Shown here piece by piece: positions 61,141-64,000 of a DNA stretch of 64,000 bases. The notes under the pieces were generated by a model. That model did not search any database, was not told where the DNA came from, and saw nothing but the letters and a program-made list of their open reading frames with translations. The DNA comes from the human T2T-CHM13v2.0 reference genome, Homo sapiens. Position numbers and translations under genes: made by a program. The first letter of the stretch is position 1. Every line of letters starts with the position of its first letter. The stretch is from assembly GCF_009914755.1 (NCBI RefSeq), contig NC_060943.1; one strand, 5' to 3'.

Positions 61141-61644
61141 CAGGATTAAGATACATATTCCAGGATCAAAAAGACCTGGGTTCCAATCTTTGCACTTCCA
61201 TTTCCTGCCCTCTAATTTGGGGGCAGCAGTTTGTGCTTTGTAAGCTTCAGTCTTATTTATAGTGTGGGAATAATAATGGTTCTACCTCAGAAGTTAATAG
61301 AAGAATGAAATAATGCATGTAAATTGCTCAGCAGCGTGCCTAGCATAAAGTAATTACTCAAACCATAATGTAAAGTAAAAAGATAACCATACTATACATA
61401 GAAAGCCAATCATCTCAGCCATGATTATCTCAGAAATAAAAAGAGATGCAGCAGCTCAGGACTGAGAGATTGTGAAGTTTTTTTTTTTTTAGGAATGGTA
61501 GGCATTTTTCTAAAAGTAGGTGAGGAGGGTATCTAACAGTAGGATTTACATTAGAGTCCATGATATAGGGTAAGATGGTGGCTTGTATCAGCATTCACTG
61601 GATATTTAACAGTTCTAAGATGCTAATGTCTTATTTTAAAAGTC

Positions 61645-61942
<298 letters not shown>

Positions 61943-63882
61943 TCATTTTTAATAAGACAGTTTACTGAGATGTATTCATCATTTACATGTAAACAAAGGC
62001 AAAATCGAAATTAAAAAGAAATCTTGAAACAAGTCAGTAACCAATGATGAGTAGAAAATAAAGTATAAGTTTGAACCCCTGTTCTAAATCTGGGTGAATG
62101 AATTATATCAAATCTATGTCATTTAAAATAATAAAGGTTGTTAAATTACTAAAATTTCAAAACTAGTGAAGAAAAGAAACCAAAACTGTAGGTCAGTTCT
62201 CATAAACTGGCCCACAAACATGTTTGATTCTGTATGCATTAAGTTTAAAATACATATGAATACCTTCAGCAGACCATGTGTTTTCCCTTTCTCCAACATT
62301 CAAACCACTCCCTGATTCTTTACATCTGACCTCTTTTAATATTACTTCCTGACCCCAGAATTCTTTTGGCATATAATCAATGCAGTGATCAATTCACATG
62401 TGACTATAGATACAAACAGAATGACGAAAGTTTAATGGAGGATGAAAAAGAAGACAAATAAATATTTTATCCTTTATATGGTAAGACAGATTCACTATCA
62501 TACTGATGTCAGTAGCCCATGAATTAATTTACAGATTCTACCTAACAAAATTCTAATAAATTTTGTAAGGTTTTAACATGTATGTGTGAACATACATATT
62601 CATGCTGTTACACATATAAAGAAAATTATAACAAAAGTGACCTATACCATCAGTGGTTTAACAGTTTTGGAAAAATTTATCGTGCTCTATACAACAATTC
62701 ATTCCATATGTGAAAGTTACTTTCAAGTGCTTTATCTAAATGTGGAACAAACAGTGATTAGAGGAGTCTGTGACACACTCTAATCATGGAATGAGACTGG
62801 CCTTCCTAAACATGAGATTCAGAAGCCTCCCCACCTCCTGTCAACAAGTCATAGATTTGACTGTATAAGAACTTTATAAAGCTTTTATATGATCAAAGAT
62901 AGTAAAAGATACAATATTTTTTAAACCTAAGAATGGGAGAAAATTATTGCAGCACATATAAACTATGGAATTCATATCCTTAACATAAAATTGCTCATAA
63001 AAATCCCTTAGGAAATGACGCTTTTCTCCAGCTCATAGTCAAAGGATATGAAGAGGCAACAGGTGACCAATAAATATGTGGTAAGTACTAAATCTCCCTA
63101 GGATCAGAAGAAATACAGTTTAGGCCAATGAAATACTATTTTTTTCAATATCAGATTAATAAAACTGCATTGAAAGCATACAAAAAGAGATACTATGCAC
63201 TAATTTAAAAGAGCATGAGTTTGTACAAACTCTGGTAGGCAATTTGTCAACTTCAGAATTTTAATTGGGAAAAGTAGAATTTTATTTTGAAGTTCAAAAA
63301 CTCGGCACACAATGTCTTTCCCTCCAGATTCTATTATACACATAGAACAATGTAAATGATTCTTAAAAAAAAAAAAAAAAAGGTGAGGCTTTTGAGTGGA
63401 TGAAATAATTTTGTAAAAGGCAAAACAGGGAAGAGTGTTCATGAATTGTAGCAGAAGATGCTGCATGTTATATGCGAATGACCGAAGGGTTTTAAAAATG
63501 GAATCTAGTCTGCCCAAAGGATCCCTAGAGAAGTTCAGGCTTGGAGTTGGCTTATGTACAGGCTGTGGCTTCTAAGAAGACATGATGAAAAGCCTCTTGA
63601 AGCCTTTGTATGTGAAAGTTATGTCAGTAGCCCTTGCCAAAAGCCTCCTCACTCTCCCCTCTCTTGTATAAGTAAATTGAATGGGATCCTTATTTCACAC
63701 CATTAACAAGTATAAGTTCTAACTGAATAAAAATCTAAATGTAAATTACTAAAGCAAAAGTATTAGAAAAAATATAGTGGGATATGTTAACGACTTTGGT
63801 GTCAGACACGTGTTTCTAAAATATTCAAATACCATAAAGGAAAAGATTGATAAAATTGACTGTGTCAAAAAATAGTGTGCTT

Positions 63883-64000
63883 TGGCTGGGTGCGGTGGTT
63901 CACACCTGTAATCCCAGCACTTCGGGAGACTGAGGCAGGTGGATCATGAGGTCATGAGTTCAAAACCAGCCTGGCCAAGATGGTGAAACCCCATCTCTAC
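63883..64000 (+). mobile_element. Alu cut by the window end
   Basis: Alu left arm. Confidence 0.9.

Overview
Primate (apparently human) genomic DNA from a KRAB zinc-finger cluster that I recognise as chromosome 19q13.43. Exon structures were rebuilt from splice sites and translation. ZNF542P (+) is a KRAB-C2H2 pseudogene with two in-frame nonsense codons and no frameshift. ZNF582 (-) encodes 517 aa (KRAB A+B, 9 intact fingers) and shares a bidirectional CpG-island promoter with the divergent lncRNA ZNF582-DT/AS1. ZNF583 (+) encodes 569 aa (KRAB A+B, 12 fingers). A processed SLC25A36 pseudogene lies in a ZNF582 intron. The rest is repeats: Alus, old L1/L2/MIR, DNA transposons, and about nine solo LTRs packed between the ZNF582 and ZNF583 promoters. 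I found no convincing wholly new biological system, and most ORFs in the track are repeat-derived or antisense noise. The most notable observations are: a fossil Ty3/Gypsy pol in a ZNF583 intron; an L2-derived ZNF583 C-terminus; a frameshifted-finger C-terminus in ZNF582; a nearly intact ZNF542P with residual ORFs; recurrent insertions and rearrangements at one Alu core motif; several perfect template-switch-like hairpins; and a ~0.9 kb TG-rich TGACAG minisatellite. Gene and repeat-family names come from memory of the sequences, not from database searches.
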